Below, piece by piece: positions 48,939-60,130 of a stretch of 64,000 nt of DNA (the stretch's first letter is position 1; every line of letters starts with the position of its first letter). Origin of the DNA: an uncultured bacterium (GTDB taxonomy: Bacteria; Fidelibacterota; Marinisomatia; Marinisomatales; UBA1611). The DNA lies in NCBI GenBank assembly GCA_965660855.1, contig CBFIBM010000002.1, positions 1-64,000 on the forward strand, in the 5' to 3' direction. The notes under the pieces were generated by a model that was not told where the DNA came from, searched no databases, and saw only the letters and a program-made list of their open reading frames with translations. The position numbers were made by a program, and so were the translations under genes.

Positions 48939-50222
48939 ATGATAGAAAAAGAGAAAATTATATTGAAGAAGGAGAAAGTATTTATTGTGGGAACAGTCCT
49001 ACCTAAATTAGGTGATTCTCAGGTAAATGAACATCTTAAAGAATTAGAATTATTAGTAATTACTGCAGGAGGAATAGTATCTGGAAAAATTATACAGCGT
49101 ATATCAAAGATAAATTCCGCTACATTTATTGGAAAAGGGAAAGCAAATCAGCTGATTAGTCAAGCTGCTGAATTAGGTGTAAAAGTTATAATTTTTGATG
49201 ATGAGCTGACCCCAGCTCAAATTAAAAATTATCATAAAATATCAAAAAAAATAAAAGTAATGGATAGAAGTGGTTTGATCCTTGATATCTTTAAAAGACA
49301 CGCAAAAACTAAAGAAGCTACCACTCAAGTAGAATTAGCATACTTAGAATATTTATTACCTAGATTAACAAGACAATGGACACATTTAGAACGCCAAATG
49401 GGTGGAATTGGTACCAGAGCAGGTATGGGAGAAACTCAAATAGAGGTAGACAGAAGGATTATTAGAACAAAAATCACAAAACTAAAAAAAAACCTTCTTC
49501 AAATAGAAAAAGAAAGAAAAATTCAAAGTGCCAGAAGAAAATCAGAATTTAGAGTTTCACTTGTAGGATATACCAATGCTGGAAAATCTACACTATTTAA
49601 AGCTTTAACTGGATCGGATGTATTTATAAAAGATCAGTTATTTGCTACTTTAGATACTACGGTAAGAAAACTTATGATTAATTCAAGCCATAATATTTTG
49701 CTCAGCGATACAGTTGGTTTTATAAGAAAGTTACCACACAATTTAGTTGCTTCATTTAAGAGTACTTTGAAAGAGGTCGTTGAATCTAATTTGATATTAA
49801 TGGTCTTAGATATTTCTTCTGAATATATAGAGGATCATGTCAAAGTTATAAAGGGCGTACTAGAAAGTATAGGAGCAAAGAAAATTCCAACTCTTTATGT
49901 TCTAAACAAGGTAGATTTAATTTCTCAAGAAAAAAAAATTATTTCTATTTCAAACAATTATGAAGATTCTGTAATTATTTCAGCCAAGAGGCATTTGATG
50001 TTATCTAAATTGAAAAGGGCTATTATTAAAAAAATGGAAGAAAATTATCAAACTTTAGATATTCGACTTCCATATTCAGAAGGTAGAACTATTTCTCAAA
50101 TTAAAAATACGTTAGAAATTTTGGAGGAGAGTTATGAAGAGGATATTGTAAAAATGAAAATTAGAGGTAGCAAGTATAAACTAGAAAAAGTCTCTGTGTT
50201 TCAATTTATAAATAACGGGTAG
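48939..50222 (+). CDS. hflX: Ribosome-splitting GTPase HflX
   Basis: GETQIEVDRR, GYTNAGKS, LFATLD, DTVGF, NKVD. Confidence 0.97.
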   Translation: MIEKEKIILKKEKVFIVGTVLPKLGDSQVNEHLKELELLVITAGGIVSGKIIQRISKINSATFIGKGKANQLISQAAELGVKVIIFDDELTPAQIKNYHKISKKIKVMDRSGLILDIFKRHAKTKEATTQVELAYLEYLLPRLTRQWTHLERQMGGIGTRAGMGETQIEVDRRIIRTKITKLKKNLLQIEKERKIQSARRKSEFRVSLVGYTNAGKSTLFKALTGSDVFIKDQLFATLDTTVRKLMINSSHNILLSDTVGFIRKLPHNLVASFKSTLKEVVESNLILMVLDISSEYIEDHVKVIKGVLESIGAKKIPTLYVLNKVDLISQEKKIISISNNYEDSVIISAKRHLMLSKLKRAIIKKMEENYQTLDIRLPYSEGRTISQIKNTLEILEESYEEDIVKMKIRGSKYKLEKVSVFQFINNG

Positions 50223-50387
50223 ATTGTTTTTTATAGATCATTCTATGTTTATTGAATGAAAGGAACCTCTTAAACCCAGCAAACTTCCTTGATCTGAGAA
50301 CAGAAAGGCCTGTTTTTTGAGCCTAAAGTACAGAACCTAATTATTGATTATAGATCAAAAAAATACAGAATCCACCCGTTAATTATA
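50207..50387. ncRNA. Candidate structured non-coding RNA (6S-like size with closing stem)
   Basis: Terminal inverted repeat tataaataacgggtagatt / aatccacccgttaattata (17 of 19 paired) encloses about 140 nt with internal stems; no ORF; strand unresolved. Confidence 0.4.
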
Positions 50388-50421
50388 GATGAAATTATTA
50401 ATTAACTATATCTTAAAAAAA

Positions 50422-51708
50422 TTATTTTTTAATTAATTTATTTTCCAAACTTTGTATCACTACTGCTACAGAGGCGTCCCCAGTAACATTAACACTAGTT
50501 CTTATCATATCCAAAATTCTATCAACCCCGAGTATGAGAGCTATGCCTTGGCTAGGTACATTTATGGACTCAAGTATAATAACTAGCATTACAATACCTG
50601 CTCCTGGAACTGCTGCTGTTCCAATAGATGCTAATACTGTAGTCAAAACAATTATCATCTGTTCTTCCAACCCAAGGGTAAGATCCATTGCTTGAGCAAT
50701 AAATACAGCTGCAACTGCTTGATATAAAGCTGTTCCATCCATATTTATTGTAGCTCCTAGTGGCAGAACAAAAGATGAAACCTCCTCTGATACATCAAGT
50801 TCTTCTTCACATCTATCCATCGTTACTGGTAATGTCGCTCCACTGGAGCTTGTGGAAAAAGCTAATAATTGCGCAGGTGCAATACCTTTGTAAAATTTTA
50901 AAAGTGATACTCTAGTAAGTATTTTAATTAATCCATTATAGGTGAATATTGCATGAGTTACTAAACCTATAATAACTGCAAACATATAATATGCTAACGC
51001 TCTTAGAATTTCTAAAACTTGTTCAGGATTATCTCCAGATATTTTATTAATTGTTTGTGCAATTAATGCAAACACACCATAAGGAGCAAATAGCATAATT
51101 AGATCAACAAGTTTTACAACTACATCAGATAAACTTTGGAAGAAATCTTTTATTGGTTTTCCATTTTTTTTAGGAACCTTCACTAAACCAATACCAATGA
51201 AAATAGATATAAAAACAATTTGCAACATATTTTTATTATTAGAAGCCGATAGGAAAAAATTATTAGGAACTATATCTATCAGAGGTTGAAGTGGACCTCT
51301 CTTTTTTATTTCATCCAGATTACTGGCCTTTTTAGTAGCGGCATCATTATATTCACTCTGTAATTTAATTTTTAAATTTGCAGGTATTTTATCGCCAGGT
51401 TGGATAAAGTTAACTGAAATTAATCCTATAGTTACAGCTACTGCAGTTGTAAAAATATAGATTGAAATAGTTTTACTACCTATCCTACTAAGTTTTTTCA
51501 TATCGGATAGAGATGCAACACCTGTAATTAATGAAGATAAAACTAGAGGAACGGCTATGAGCTTTAGTAGGTTTATGAAAATTATACCAAATGGTGCAAT
51601 CCAATTGGTTGTAAATGAACCTAGGCCACTTTTTATAGATATTACACCATAAACTAAACCTAAAATAAGACCAATAATAATTTTCCAATGAAGTGCGATT
51701 TTTTTCAT
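50422..51708 (-). CDS. Dicarboxylate/amino acid:cation symporter (GltP-like)
   Basis: AFSTSSSGATLP, LPLGATINMDGTALY, IGTAAVPGAG, DMIRTSVNVTGD. Confidence 0.95.
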   Translation of the reverse strand: MKKIALHWKIIIGLILGLVYGVISIKSGLGSFTTNWIAPFGIIFINLLKLIAVPLVLSSLITGVASLSDMKKLSRIGSKTISIYIFTTAVAVTIGLISVNFIQPGDKIPANLKIKLQSEYNDAATKKASNLDEIKKRGPLQPLIDIVPNNFFLSASNNKNMLQIVFISIFIGIGLVKVPKKNGKPIKDFFQSLSDVVVKLVDLIMLFAPYGVFALIAQTINKISGDNPEQVLEILRALAYYMFAVIIGLVTHAIFTYNGLIKILTRVSLLKFYKGIAPAQLLAFSTSSSGATLPVTMDRCEEELDVSEEVSSFVLPLGATINMDGTALYQAVAAVFIAQAMDLTLGLEEQMIIVLTTVLASIGTAAVPGAGIVMLVIILESINVPSQGIALILGVDRILDMIRTSVNVTGDASVAVVIQSLENKLIKK

Positions 51709-51714
51709 ATATGT

Positions 51715-53796
51715 TTAATATTTATCAAGATTTTTTAAGATAGTTTTAATATTAGTTGTAGGACGTTTACAATTGAAATTATGACATAAATAATATGTTG
51801 TTTTATTATCAATCATGGAATGGCCTTTAACCCATGGAGCAACCTTTTCAAGATCGTTATCAAGTGAGGTATCCTTGAATAAGATAATTTTGTTTGGGTA
51901 ATAAATTAGGTTAATTTTATTTGATAAAGTTCTTATATCAGTTTTTTTACCATCTCCCACAATCACTAATTCAATAGGGTCTTTATGGTCGAACATAAAT
52001 CCTGTAGTCATATGAGAAAATCCAGTTAAAGATTGTTTTGACATATCAGAAAAATATTTTAAGGTATTAACAGCATGTTTTTTATAATCCTGATTCCCAG
52101 TCATTTTTGATAGTCGAAACAAGTTATTTACTGCTACTGAATTCCCAGATGGTATTGCTCCATCATAACTATCTTTGGATCTGATCATTAATTTTTCTGA
52201 ATTTTTAGTTCCAATAAAAAATCCACCATTTTCATCAGAAAAATCAGTGATCATTATTTGAGCTAATTTCACAGCTAGATTAAGGTATTTTACTTCAAAC
52301 GTGGCATCATAAAGGTTCAGGTTACCCCATATAGTAAATGCATAGTCATCTATATGCGGTGCTAATCCGGAAGTACCTAATCTATATCTTTTTAATAACT
52401 TTCCTTTCTTGTCAGTTAATTTTTTATCAATGAAATTAGATGCTTTTTTTGCAGATTCAATTAATGATTCATCTTTTAGAATTAATCCACCATAAGCAAG
52501 AGATGCTATCATAAGTCCATTCCAATCTGTTAAAATTTTATCGTCCTTGAGAGGTCTAATTCTTTTGGAGCGTTCTTTGTATAACTTATTTTTTGAATTT
52601 TTTATAAAGGTTTTCATCAATTCTTCTTTCATCTTATGTGCTTTTGATAAATCTTTTATTGGTCTTGATAAATAAGGAATATTTTTTCCATTAGAGTGAC
52701 CAGTTGATTCGTCAAAAAAATTACCATTCTTTTCAAATCCATAAATTTTTGCAAATTTAGTGCCATTTTCGTCTCCTAATATTTGCTTTATTTCATCAGT
52801 TTTCCAAATATAGTAAGTGCCCTCTTCTCCTTCACTATCAGCATCTTCTGCTGAGAAGAATCCACCCTCCTCATTTGTCATATCTCTTCTAACGTATTCA
52901 AATATTTCCAACGCAACATTAGCATATTCTGGGTTTTTTGTTTTATTAAATGTTTCTAAATATGCAATTGCAAGCATAGCTTGATCATAAAGCATTTTTT
53001 CAAAATGTGGTAAAAACCATTGTTTATCTGTTGAATATCTATGAAAACCTAAACCAATATGATCATAGATTCCACCTCTCCTCATATACTGAAGAGAGGT
53101 TTCAACCATTTTTAGAGATGTAGGGTCTTTATAATAATGGCTAAAGCGAAGTAAAAAAATTAGATTATGGGCAGATGGAAATTTTGGAGCTTTTCCAAAG
53201 CCACCATAATCAGGATCAAATTTACTTGCAAAACTGCTGAATGAGTTTTTTATGATTGTTTCATCCCAATTTTCTCCTGGCTTACTCGTGTTAATTTGAA
53301 CTAAATAATTTTTAACCTTTTCGATTGTATTTTCAATTTCATTTTTTTTATTTATCCATGCATTTTCTAAGCTAGGTAATAATTGAAGCATGCCTGGCCT
53401 CTTCCCAATAGTTTCTTTTGGAAAATATGTTCCAGCAAAAAAGGGATTTTTATCAGGTGACATAACTATGGTGAGTGGCCAACCACCTCTCCCTGTCATT
53501 GCCTGACAAACAGACATATAAAGATGGTCAATTTCAGGCATTTCTTCGCGATCAACTTTAATATTAATAAATTTTTTGTTCATTAATTCTGCTACTGATA
53601 AATCTTGGAAAGATTCATGCTCCATTACATGACACCAATGGCATGTTGAATAACCAATAGACAAAAATATTGGCTTATTTTCTTGTTTTGCTCTTAAAAA
53701 AGCTTCATCACTCCACGGATACCAATCTACTGGATTCGTTGAATGTTGTAATAAATATGGACTTAATGATTTAGAGAGTCGATTTTCACGTTTCAT
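51715..53796 (-). CDS. YyaL/SSP411 family thioredoxin-domain protein
   Basis: NRL...[45 protein letters not shown]. Confidence 0.95.
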   Translation of the reverse strand: MKRENRLSKSLSPYLLQHSTNPVDWYPWSDEAFLRAKQENKPIFLSIGYSTCHWCHVMEHESFQDLSVAELMNKKFINIKVDREEMPEIDHLYMSVCQAMTGRGGWPLTIVMSPDKNPFFAGTYFPKETIGKRPGMLQLLPSLENAWINKKNEIENTIEKVKNYLVQINTSKPGENWDETIIKNSFSSFASKFDPDYGGFGKAPKFPSAHNLIFLLRFSHYYKDPTSLKMVETSLQYMRRGGIYDHIGLGFHRYSTDKQWFLPHFEKMLYDQAMLAIAYLETFNKTKNPEYANVALEIFEYVRRDMTNEEGGFFSAEDADSEGEEGTYYIWKTDEIKQILGDENGTKFAKIYGFEKNGNFFDESTGHSNGKNIPYLSRPIKDLSKAHKMKEELMKTFIKNSKNKLYKERSKRIRPLKDDKILTDWNGLMIASLAYGGLILKDESLIESAKKASNFIDKKLTDKKGKLLKRYRLGTSGLAPHIDDYAFTIWGNLNLYDATFEVKYLNLAVKLAQIMITDFSDENGGFFIGTKNSEKLMIRSKDSYDGAIPSGNSVAVNNLFRLSKMTGNQDYKKHAVNTLKYFSDMSKQSLTGFSHMTTGFMFDHKDPIELVIVGDGKKTDIRTLSNKINLIYYPNKIILFKDTSLDNDLEKVAPWVKGHSMIDNKTTYYLCHNFNCKRPTTNIKTILKNLDKY

Positions 53797-53925
53797 GATT
53801 TATCAGTTTTATTTTAATAGCAAGTTAATTGTATATATTATTTAATTTTTTGAATGTTTTTTTTATGTAGCACAATAAAAATAATAATTATTTATATATG
53901 GACTTAAACTAAATAAAATTTTTTA

Positions 53926-54906
53926 ATGTTTTTCAAGTTTTTTAAAATAATTTTAATCCTAATGCTTACAACCTCTAATCAATTTGGTATGAATGAGTAT
54001 AGATGTAAACATTGTAATGTAATTATTTTAAAATCCTATATAGTCGTTGATCAAAAAAACTATCATGAGATTTGTTATAATGATTTTATACGACCAAAAT
54101 GTGATTTTTGTAAAAATAATATTATTAACACCTTTACTGAATATAATAGTAAAAAGTATCATCAAAGTTGTTTCATAAATAATATTTTAGAAAAATGTAG
54201 TATATGTAAAAAACCACTAGAGGGTGAATATTTAACAGATTTCTATGATAATAGGTACCACACTTACCACCATAATGACTTGGCTGAATGTTCTAGTTGT
54301 AATAGATTAATATCGCAACAATCCACAAATGGTGGTTTTGATATAAATAAAGACACCAAGATGTGCGCTAAATGTTATCCATATATTATTAATAGGGAAA
54401 ATCAATTATCGAAAATAAATTTAGAAGTACGTAGCTTATTAAGCTCGGTTGGTATTAACAACCTACCTCAACAGATACCTATCACCTTAGTGAAAAATAT
54501 AGAAGAATTGGAAAAGTATTCAGGTAGAAATAATATTTCCATAAAAGGATTTACTTACTATAACAAAACTATGTTGCAAGGAGTTAAAATTAATGAAAAT
54601 ATACACATATATATATTATCTAATTTACATAGTACTGCATTTAAAGCTGTATTAGCACATGAATTAATGCATGTTTTTTTATTTGTAAATAACTACAAAC
54701 TTAGTTCAGATACAATGGAAGGTTTTTGTAACTTAGGTTCTAAATTAATTTATGATAACACTCAAACAGAGTTATCTGATTATTTAACATTAAGTATGTT
54801 TAAAAATAAAGATCCAGATTATGGGATAGGGTTTATTAAAATGAATGAAGCTTTAAAGAAGAAAGGATGGGGGAAATTAATAAAAGAGTTAAATTATTTA
54901 GATTAG
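53926..54906 (+). CDS. Exported LIM-like zinc-finger protein with a DA1-like zinc metallopeptidase domain
   Basis: Signal-like N-terminus; CxxC-x16-HxxC twice, CxxC-x17-HxxH, CxxC-x21-CxxC; AVLAHELMH...EGFC...DPDYGIGF. Confidence 0.82.
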   Translation: MFFKFFKIILILMLTTSNQFGMNEYRCKHCNVIILKSYIVVDQKNYHEICYNDFIRPKCDFCKNNIINTFTEYNSKKYHQSCFINNILEKCSICKKPLEGEYLTDFYDNRYHTYHHNDLAECSSCNRLISQQSTNGGFDINKDTKMCAKCYPYIINRENQLSKINLEVRSLLSSVGINNLPQQIPITLVKNIEELEKYSGRNNISIKGFTYYNKTMLQGVKINENIHIYILSNLHSTAFKAVLAHELMHVFLFVNNYKLSSDTMEGFCNLGSKLIYDNTQTELSDYLTLSMFKNKDPDYGIGFIKMNEALKKKGWGKLIKELNYLD

Positions 54907-54913
54907 TGATTAA

Positions 54914-56455
54914 ATGACATATGTAACAGGAATATTTATATATCTAATACTACTTGTTGCTGTTGGAATTCATAAAGTCAAATCGGTGAAAAATAGTGAA
55001 GACTTTATGGTGGCAGGAAGAAGTTTACCATGGTATATATTAGTTGGAACCTTACTCGCTACCTGGATGGGAAGTGGGTCACTTTTTAGTGGAGCTGGCT
55101 TAGGATTTAGAAATGGTCCCGCGGGGTTATGGTCAAGTGCAGGAGCATGGATTGGTATCGCTTTAATTTATTTCATTGCTAAAAGAATTCGCAATTTTGG
55201 AAAAGTAACTGTCCCAGATATTTTTGAGATACGCTATGGACCTCTTGCCTCTATTTTAGCCACAATAACTACAATAGTTGCTTATACAACTATTGTATCT
55301 TATCAATTCAGAGGTGGAGGGAAAGTACTATCTCTCGTTTCAGATAATTTGATTAGTATGGAACATGGAATAATGATCACAGCTATTTTTGCTATTTCTT
55401 ACACTGTCATGGCTGGAATGTTTTCAGTTGTTTATACTGATGTAATCAATGGTATTTTAATAACTATAGGTACTATATTGGCGTTGATTTTCTTAGTCCA
55501 AAAAGTTGGTGGAGTTAGTGAAGTAATATTAATTGCAGAATCTACTGGTAAATGGGACCTCTTTGGTAATTGGTCCTCTGAGAGGGTAGGTGTTACTTCT
55601 GGACCCTTAATTGCTATCAGCTTTTTTGTACCAACAATGCTATTATTATTAGGTGATGCAAATATGTATCAAAGAATATTTAGCGCTGAAAATAGTAGCT
55701 CTGCAAAAAAAGCAGTATTTTTTTGGATTATTGGAGTGATTGTATTAGAGTCAATTATTTCGCTACTAGGTCTTACAGGTGCAGTTGCTATTGCAAAGGG
55801 ATATATACCAGATATTATATCTCAGGAACAACAGTTATTATCTAGTAAAAATGAATTATCGTTATTGGTGGCGGAACAATCTGCGAGTGAGTCTATTATA
55901 CCTGCAATTGCAAGATATGCAAATCTTCCTACTTTTTTAGGTTTAATTCTAGTATCAACAATGATGGCAATAATTGTTTCTACGGCTGATTCATTTTTAC
56001 TTATTCCAGCTACTAATTTAACAAGAGACGTGTATGTAAAATATATTGATAAAAAAGCTACAGAAAAGAAAATTTTGTTGGTAAGTAGATTTTTGGTATT
56101 ATTTTTGGGCTTAATCTCATATTTATTAGTAAGCCAATTTAAGACTGTACTAAGTGCAGCTTATACAGCTTATAATATTTATGGTACTTCGATTACTCCT
56201 TCTTTACTAGCTGCCTTCTTATGGAGAAGAGCTACAAAGGAAGGGGCAGTGGCTTCCATCATTGCTGGAACTACAACAACAATTATATGGACTTACTTTT
56301 TACCTAACTGGGCTGGCTTTAATAATTTAAATCCTTTTTTAAAAGAAATGACTTACCCCGCGGCAAGTTTATCAATTTTTGCATTAATCATAGGTAGTTT
56401 ATTAACGGAAGCACCCTCTAAAGAGAAGGTTGATCCATTCTTTCATGATAAATAG
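54914..56455 (+). CDS. Sodium:solute symporter (SSS family)
   Basis: DFMVAGRSL, ATWMGSG, SVVYTD, YQRIFSA, STADSFL. Confidence 0.92.
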   Translation: MTYVTGIFIYLILLVAVGIHKVKSVKNSEDFMVAGRSLPWYILVGTLLATWMGSGSLFSGAGLGFRNGPAGLWSSAGAWIGIALIYFIAKRIRNFGKVTVPDIFEIRYGPLASILATITTIVAYTTIVSYQFRGGGKVLSLVSDNLISMEHGIMITAIFAISYTVMAGMFSVVYTDVINGILITIGTILALIFLVQKVGGVSEVILIAESTGKWDLFGNWSSERVGVTSGPLIAISFFVPTMLLLLGDANMYQRIFSAENSSSAKKAVFFWIIGVIVLESIISLLGLTGAVAIAKGYIPDIISQEQQLLSSKNELSLLVAEQSASESIIPAIARYANLPTFLGLILVSTMMAIIVSTADSFLLIPATNLTRDVYVKYIDKKATEKKILLVSRFLVLFLGLISYLLVSQFKTVLSAAYTAYNIYGTSITPSLLAAFLWRRATKEGAVASIIAGTTTTIIWTYFLPNWAGFNNLNPFLKEMTYPAASLSIFALIIGSLLTEAPSKEKVDPFFHDK

Positions 56456-56498
56456 TTTTTTAAGAATTATTTAATTGATTTATTTTTGAATTATAATT

Positions 56499-57077
56499 TT
56501 ACGATTGATAAGAATCTAAATCTCTTCTGTAATATTCAAATATGAGTCCAGTTTTATTCCAGTTATTTATTTTATCAAGTACTTTTATTTTTCCCTTAAA
56601 ATTATTTGAGATACCTTCGCGAACATGGCCTGTAATATAGAAAATATTTTCTTGTTTTTTGATATAGTTAAGAAAAACCTTTTTTAACATTTTGGCGTAA
56701 CCATTTCTTTTATATTTTTTTTCTATAACAAAAGCATATGTATAAATGGTGTTATTCAATCCAAAATTGACATCTAACCTTGCCCAAGGTTCCATTTTCA
56801 ATTCTTCAAGGGGAACACCAATTATATAGCCGATAATTTCATTTTGATATCGTGCAATAAATGGAATGGACCCAATCTTATTAAAATAAGTATTTATTGT
56901 GGTCTCAGTTAGTTTTGAAGCCTTTCCATAATCTTCTACCAACGATTCTGATATTGCGATCAAAGAATCAAAATCATTTTCACCAATGTATTTTATTAAT
57001 TCAACTTGAAATTGACCTCCCTTAGCAATGATTTTTGTTTTTGATTCTTTACTTTGATTTTTATTTTCTTTTTTCAT
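56499..57077 (-). CDS. GNAT-fold protein
   Basis: IIGYIIG and motif-A-like YKRNGYAKMLK. Confidence 0.6.
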   Translation of the reverse strand: MKKENKNQSKESKTKIIAKGGQFQVELIKYIGENDFDSLIAISESLVEDYGKASKLTETTINTYFNKIGSIPFIARYQNEIIGYIIGVPLEELKMEPWARLDVNFGLNNTIYTYAFVIEKKYKRNGYAKMLKKVFLNYIKKQENIFYITGHVREGISNNFKGKIKVLDKINNWNKTGLIFEYYRRDLDSYQS

Positions 57078-57174
57078 ATCTAAGTTTATGAAGATGCTCT
57101 TAAAAAAGATATAAACTTAAAATTAAAATAATTGAGTTTTTTGATTTAGTTTTACGATAAGTAAATTAATAAAT

Positions 57175-57969
57175 ATGAAATCTTTCAATTGTAAACTATA
57201 TGAAGACATAAATAAAAAGAATTCTCGACTCTGTGTCGGTTTGGATATCAGTCCAGAAGCTTTGCAAAATAGTAGTCTAAGAAATTTAAAAGAGCACACT
57301 TTTAATGTTATTGATGCAACGAGAGAATTCGCTGTTGCTTATAAACCAAACTTTGCTTTTTTCGAACGTTGGGGCGCAGCGGGTTTTGCTTGGCTTGAAG
57401 AAACAGTTTCATACATTGGAGACAATCACATTAAGATTGCAGATGCAAAAAGAGGGGATATTGGTAATACGGCAAAGCAGTATGCCGAAAGTATTTTTAG
57501 TCATTTTGATTTTGATTGTGTGACGATCAATCCTTACATGGGAAAAGATAGTATAGAACCTTTTTTACATTACAAAGAGAAAGGTGTTTTCATATTATGC
57601 CGGACGTCAAACCCTTCTGCAAAAGATTTCCAAGATAAACTTATAAATGGAAATCCATTATACACAGAAGTTGTACATTTTGCCGATAGCTTAAATAAAT
57701 TTGATAATGTAGGTTTAGTTGTTGGAGCAACAGCACCTGAAGAGCTTCAAAAAATACGTAATTTGTCACCCGAAATACCTCTTTTAATTCCTGGTGTCGG
57801 CTTGCAGGGTGGAGATTTAGCAAACAGTATTGAAGTTTCAAATAAAACAGGCGTAGGCATTGTTAATATATCCCGAGGAATAAGTTTTGTTGGCAGTATG
57901 AAAGAAAAGGAAATCTATAATGCTGCTAAAAATTATTACGAGCAAATAAAAGAGGTCTTGTCCGGATGA
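57175..57969 (+). CDS. pyrF: Orotidine-5'-phosphate decarboxylase (type 2)
   Basis: [42 protein letters not shown]. Confidence 0.96.
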   Translation: MKSFNCKLYEDINKKNSRLCVGLDISPEALQNSSLRNLKEHTFNVIDATREFAVAYKPNFAFFERWGAAGFAWLEETVSYIGDNHIKIADAKRGDIGNTAKQYAESIFSHFDFDCVTINPYMGKDSIEPFLHYKEKGVFILCRTSNPSAKDFQDKLINGNPLYTEVVHFADSLNKFDNVGLVVGATAPEELQKIRNLSPEIPLLIPGVGLQGGDLANSIEVSNKTGVGIVNISRGISFVGSMKEKEIYNAAKNYYEQIKEVLSG

Positions 57970-58544
57970 ATAATAACGAGAAAATTTTATCCATATTTAG
58001 AGAAACAAATGCATTGTTGGAGGGGCACTTTGTTTTAAGCTCTGGTAGGCATAGTCGTAATTATTTTCAATGTGCAAAAGTTTTACAGCATCCTGAGTAC
58101 TTAACTGCATTTTCAATTATGATTGCTGATGAATTTGAAAAATATAAACCTGATGTTGTGATTTCACCAGCGATAGGAGGAATTGTATTGGGAACTGAGG
58201 TAGGAACTCAAATAGGTTCTAGAACAATTTTTGCTGAAAGGAAAAATGGAGAGATGGTAATAAGAAGAGGATTTTCTATAAATCCAGGAGAAAAAGTCCT
58301 TATCGTTGAGGACGTTATTACCACTGGAGGATCAGTTAACGAGGTTGTAAAAATAATTGAGAAAATGAAAGGTGAAATTATCGGTGTTGGAGTTTTAGTT
58401 GATAGAAGCAATGGAGATGTAAAAATCCATCCGAATCAGTATTCAATAGTAAATTTAAATGTTGAAAGTTTTGATGAATCGGATTTACCTTTCGACTTAT
58501 CTAAAATTCCAATACAAAAACCAGGGAGTAAATACTCAATATGA
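57966..58544 (+). CDS. pyrE: Orotate phosphoribosyltransferase
   Basis: [11 protein letters not shown] and PRPP motif [10 protein letters not shown]. Confidence 0.96.
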   Translation: MNNNEKILSIFRETNALLEGHFVLSSGRHSRNYFQCAKVLQHPEYLTAFSIMIADEFEKYKPDVVISPAIGGIVLGTEVGTQIGSRTIFAERKNGEMVIRRGFSINPGEKVLIVEDVITTGGSVNEVVKIIEKMKGEIIGVGVLVDRSNGDVKIHPNQYSIVNLNVESFDESDLPFDLSKIPIQKPGSKYSI

Positions 58545-59212
58545 AAAAGATAATACCACTTATACTCATTTTGGGCTTAATTGAAATGAGTTGTGGAGAA
58601 ACTAAAAAAGAAGGTTCAAAAAAAGTGATGTCAAATAATATAATAGAATCAAATGATGTAGAAAAGGTAAAGGAAAAACAAGGAAGAGATGTAGCTATTA
58701 TATCTACTTTTTATGGTGATATGGTGGTTGAATTTTTCGAAACTAGTGCACCAAAACATGTTGAGAGCTTCAAAGAACATGTAAAAAACGGATATTATGA
58801 TGGAACTATTTTCCATCGTGTTATACCTGGATTTATGATACAAGGTGGTGACCCAAATACAAAAGGTGATAACAAAGCTATATATGGAACAGGAGGACAC
58901 GCGGCAAAATATTTCGGCATCGGCAAAGAAAGTGAAAATTCTACATGGAATTTACCTGCAGAATTTTCTAAAATAAGTCACAAGCGAGGTATATTATCAA
59001 TGGCGCGCTCAACTGACCCAAACAGTGGTGGTAGTCAATTTTTTATCTGTGCTGCTGATGCTCCTCATCTAGACGGACAATATACGGTTTTTGGTCAAGT
59101 TATAGAGGGTGACAATGTCATTGATCAAATTGTTAATTTGCCTAGAGATGGAAGAGATAATCCAAATAGAAGAGTAGAAATGAAGGTCAAGTTAGATAAA
59201 AGAACTGAATGA
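58541..59212 (+). CDS. Cyclophilin-type peptidyl-prolyl isomerase, lipoprotein
   Basis: Lipobox-like [40 protein letters not shown]. Confidence 0.94.
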   Translation: MKKIIPLILILGLIEMSCGETKKEGSKKVMSNNIIESNDVEKVKEKQGRDVAIISTFYGDMVVEFFETSAPKHVESFKEHVKNGYYDGTIFHRVIPGFMIQGGDPNTKGDNKAIYGTGGHAAKYFGIGKESENSTWNLPAEFSKISHKRGILSMARSTDPNSGGSQFFICAADAPHLDGQYTVFGQVIEGDNVIDQIVNLPRDGRDNPNRRVEMKVKLDKRTE

Positions 59213-60099
59213 GTTTTCCGCATCTAGGCATCGCATTGAGCGGTGGGGGTGCTAGAGGAGCTGCACATATAGGTGTTCTACAAGGTCTTCAAAAATCTAA
59301 AGTAAAAATTAGCGTCATATCGGGTGTAAGTGCTGGGTCTGTAATCGGTGCAATGTATGCAATCGATGGAGATGCAAAATGGGTTGAGATTCAATATAGA
59401 AATGTACTAAATAAATATATTTCATCTAGCAAAATGATGAAATATGCAAATGTTCATTTATGGTCAGATTCGGGAATTTCAAAAATAAAACATTTTTTAT
59501 ATCAGCACTTTCTCCAAATTATAAGGTTATACAGAAATTCAATTATAAGTAAGGATTTATTAAAAAAGATTATTTCTGAACTATTACCAGTAAAAACATT
59601 TGAAGAATTGAAAATTCCGTTAAAAGTATGTGTTACTGATCTAAATTCGGCAAAAAGTATAGTATATGAGAATGGAAATTTAATTGAACCTCTAGTAAAA
59701 AGTTGTAGCATACCGGGAGTAATAGAGCCAACAATAGAAGGTGAAAGGGTTCTTGTCGATGGTGGTATTCTTACTCCTATTCCTATATCAGTTCTAAAAA
59801 ATGAGTGTAACTTTATTATTGCTGTAAATATTCCCCAAAATAAATATTCAATGTTAAATACCAAATCCAAAATGTATGATCTTAAAGGAAGAGCTGATTT
59901 AATTATTTCAAATCGATTAAAGTTCATTGAAACAAAAGATGCTGATTTCGTATTTAACCCAGATACGATGGGAACCCATTGGTCTAATTTCCAAAAATTT
60001 GAAGATTTAGTAAAATCAGGTAAAAATGAAGTAAAAATTAAAATAGAAAAATTAGAAAGTGCAATTTTATTGGGTAAAAATAATATAAATAAAGAATAG
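59209..60099 (+). CDS. Patatin-like phospholipase
   Basis: SGGGARG, GVSAG (catalytic Ser), DGG. Confidence 0.93.
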   Translation: MSFPHLGIALSGGGARGAAHIGVLQGLQKSKVKISVISGVSAGSVIGAMYAIDGDAKWVEIQYRNVLNKYISSSKMMKYANVHLWSDSGISKIKHFLYQHFLQIIRLYRNSIISKDLLKKIISELLPVKTFEELKIPLKVCVTDLNSAKSIVYENGNLIEPLVKSCSIPGVIEPTIEGERVLVDGGILTPIPISVLKNECNFIIAVNIPQNKYSMLNTKSKMYDLKGRADLIISNRLKFIETKDADFVFNPDTMGTHWSNFQKFEDLVKSGKNEVKIKIEKLESAILLGKNNINKE

Positions 60100-60130
60100 T
60101 TGAGTTAAATCACAAATCCACTTACCTTTC

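Noticed and set aside
50290..50345. TPP riboswitch (ctgaga...gaacct)
   Set aside because: It lacks the rest of the TPP consensus and lies between convergent genes rather than in a 5' leader.
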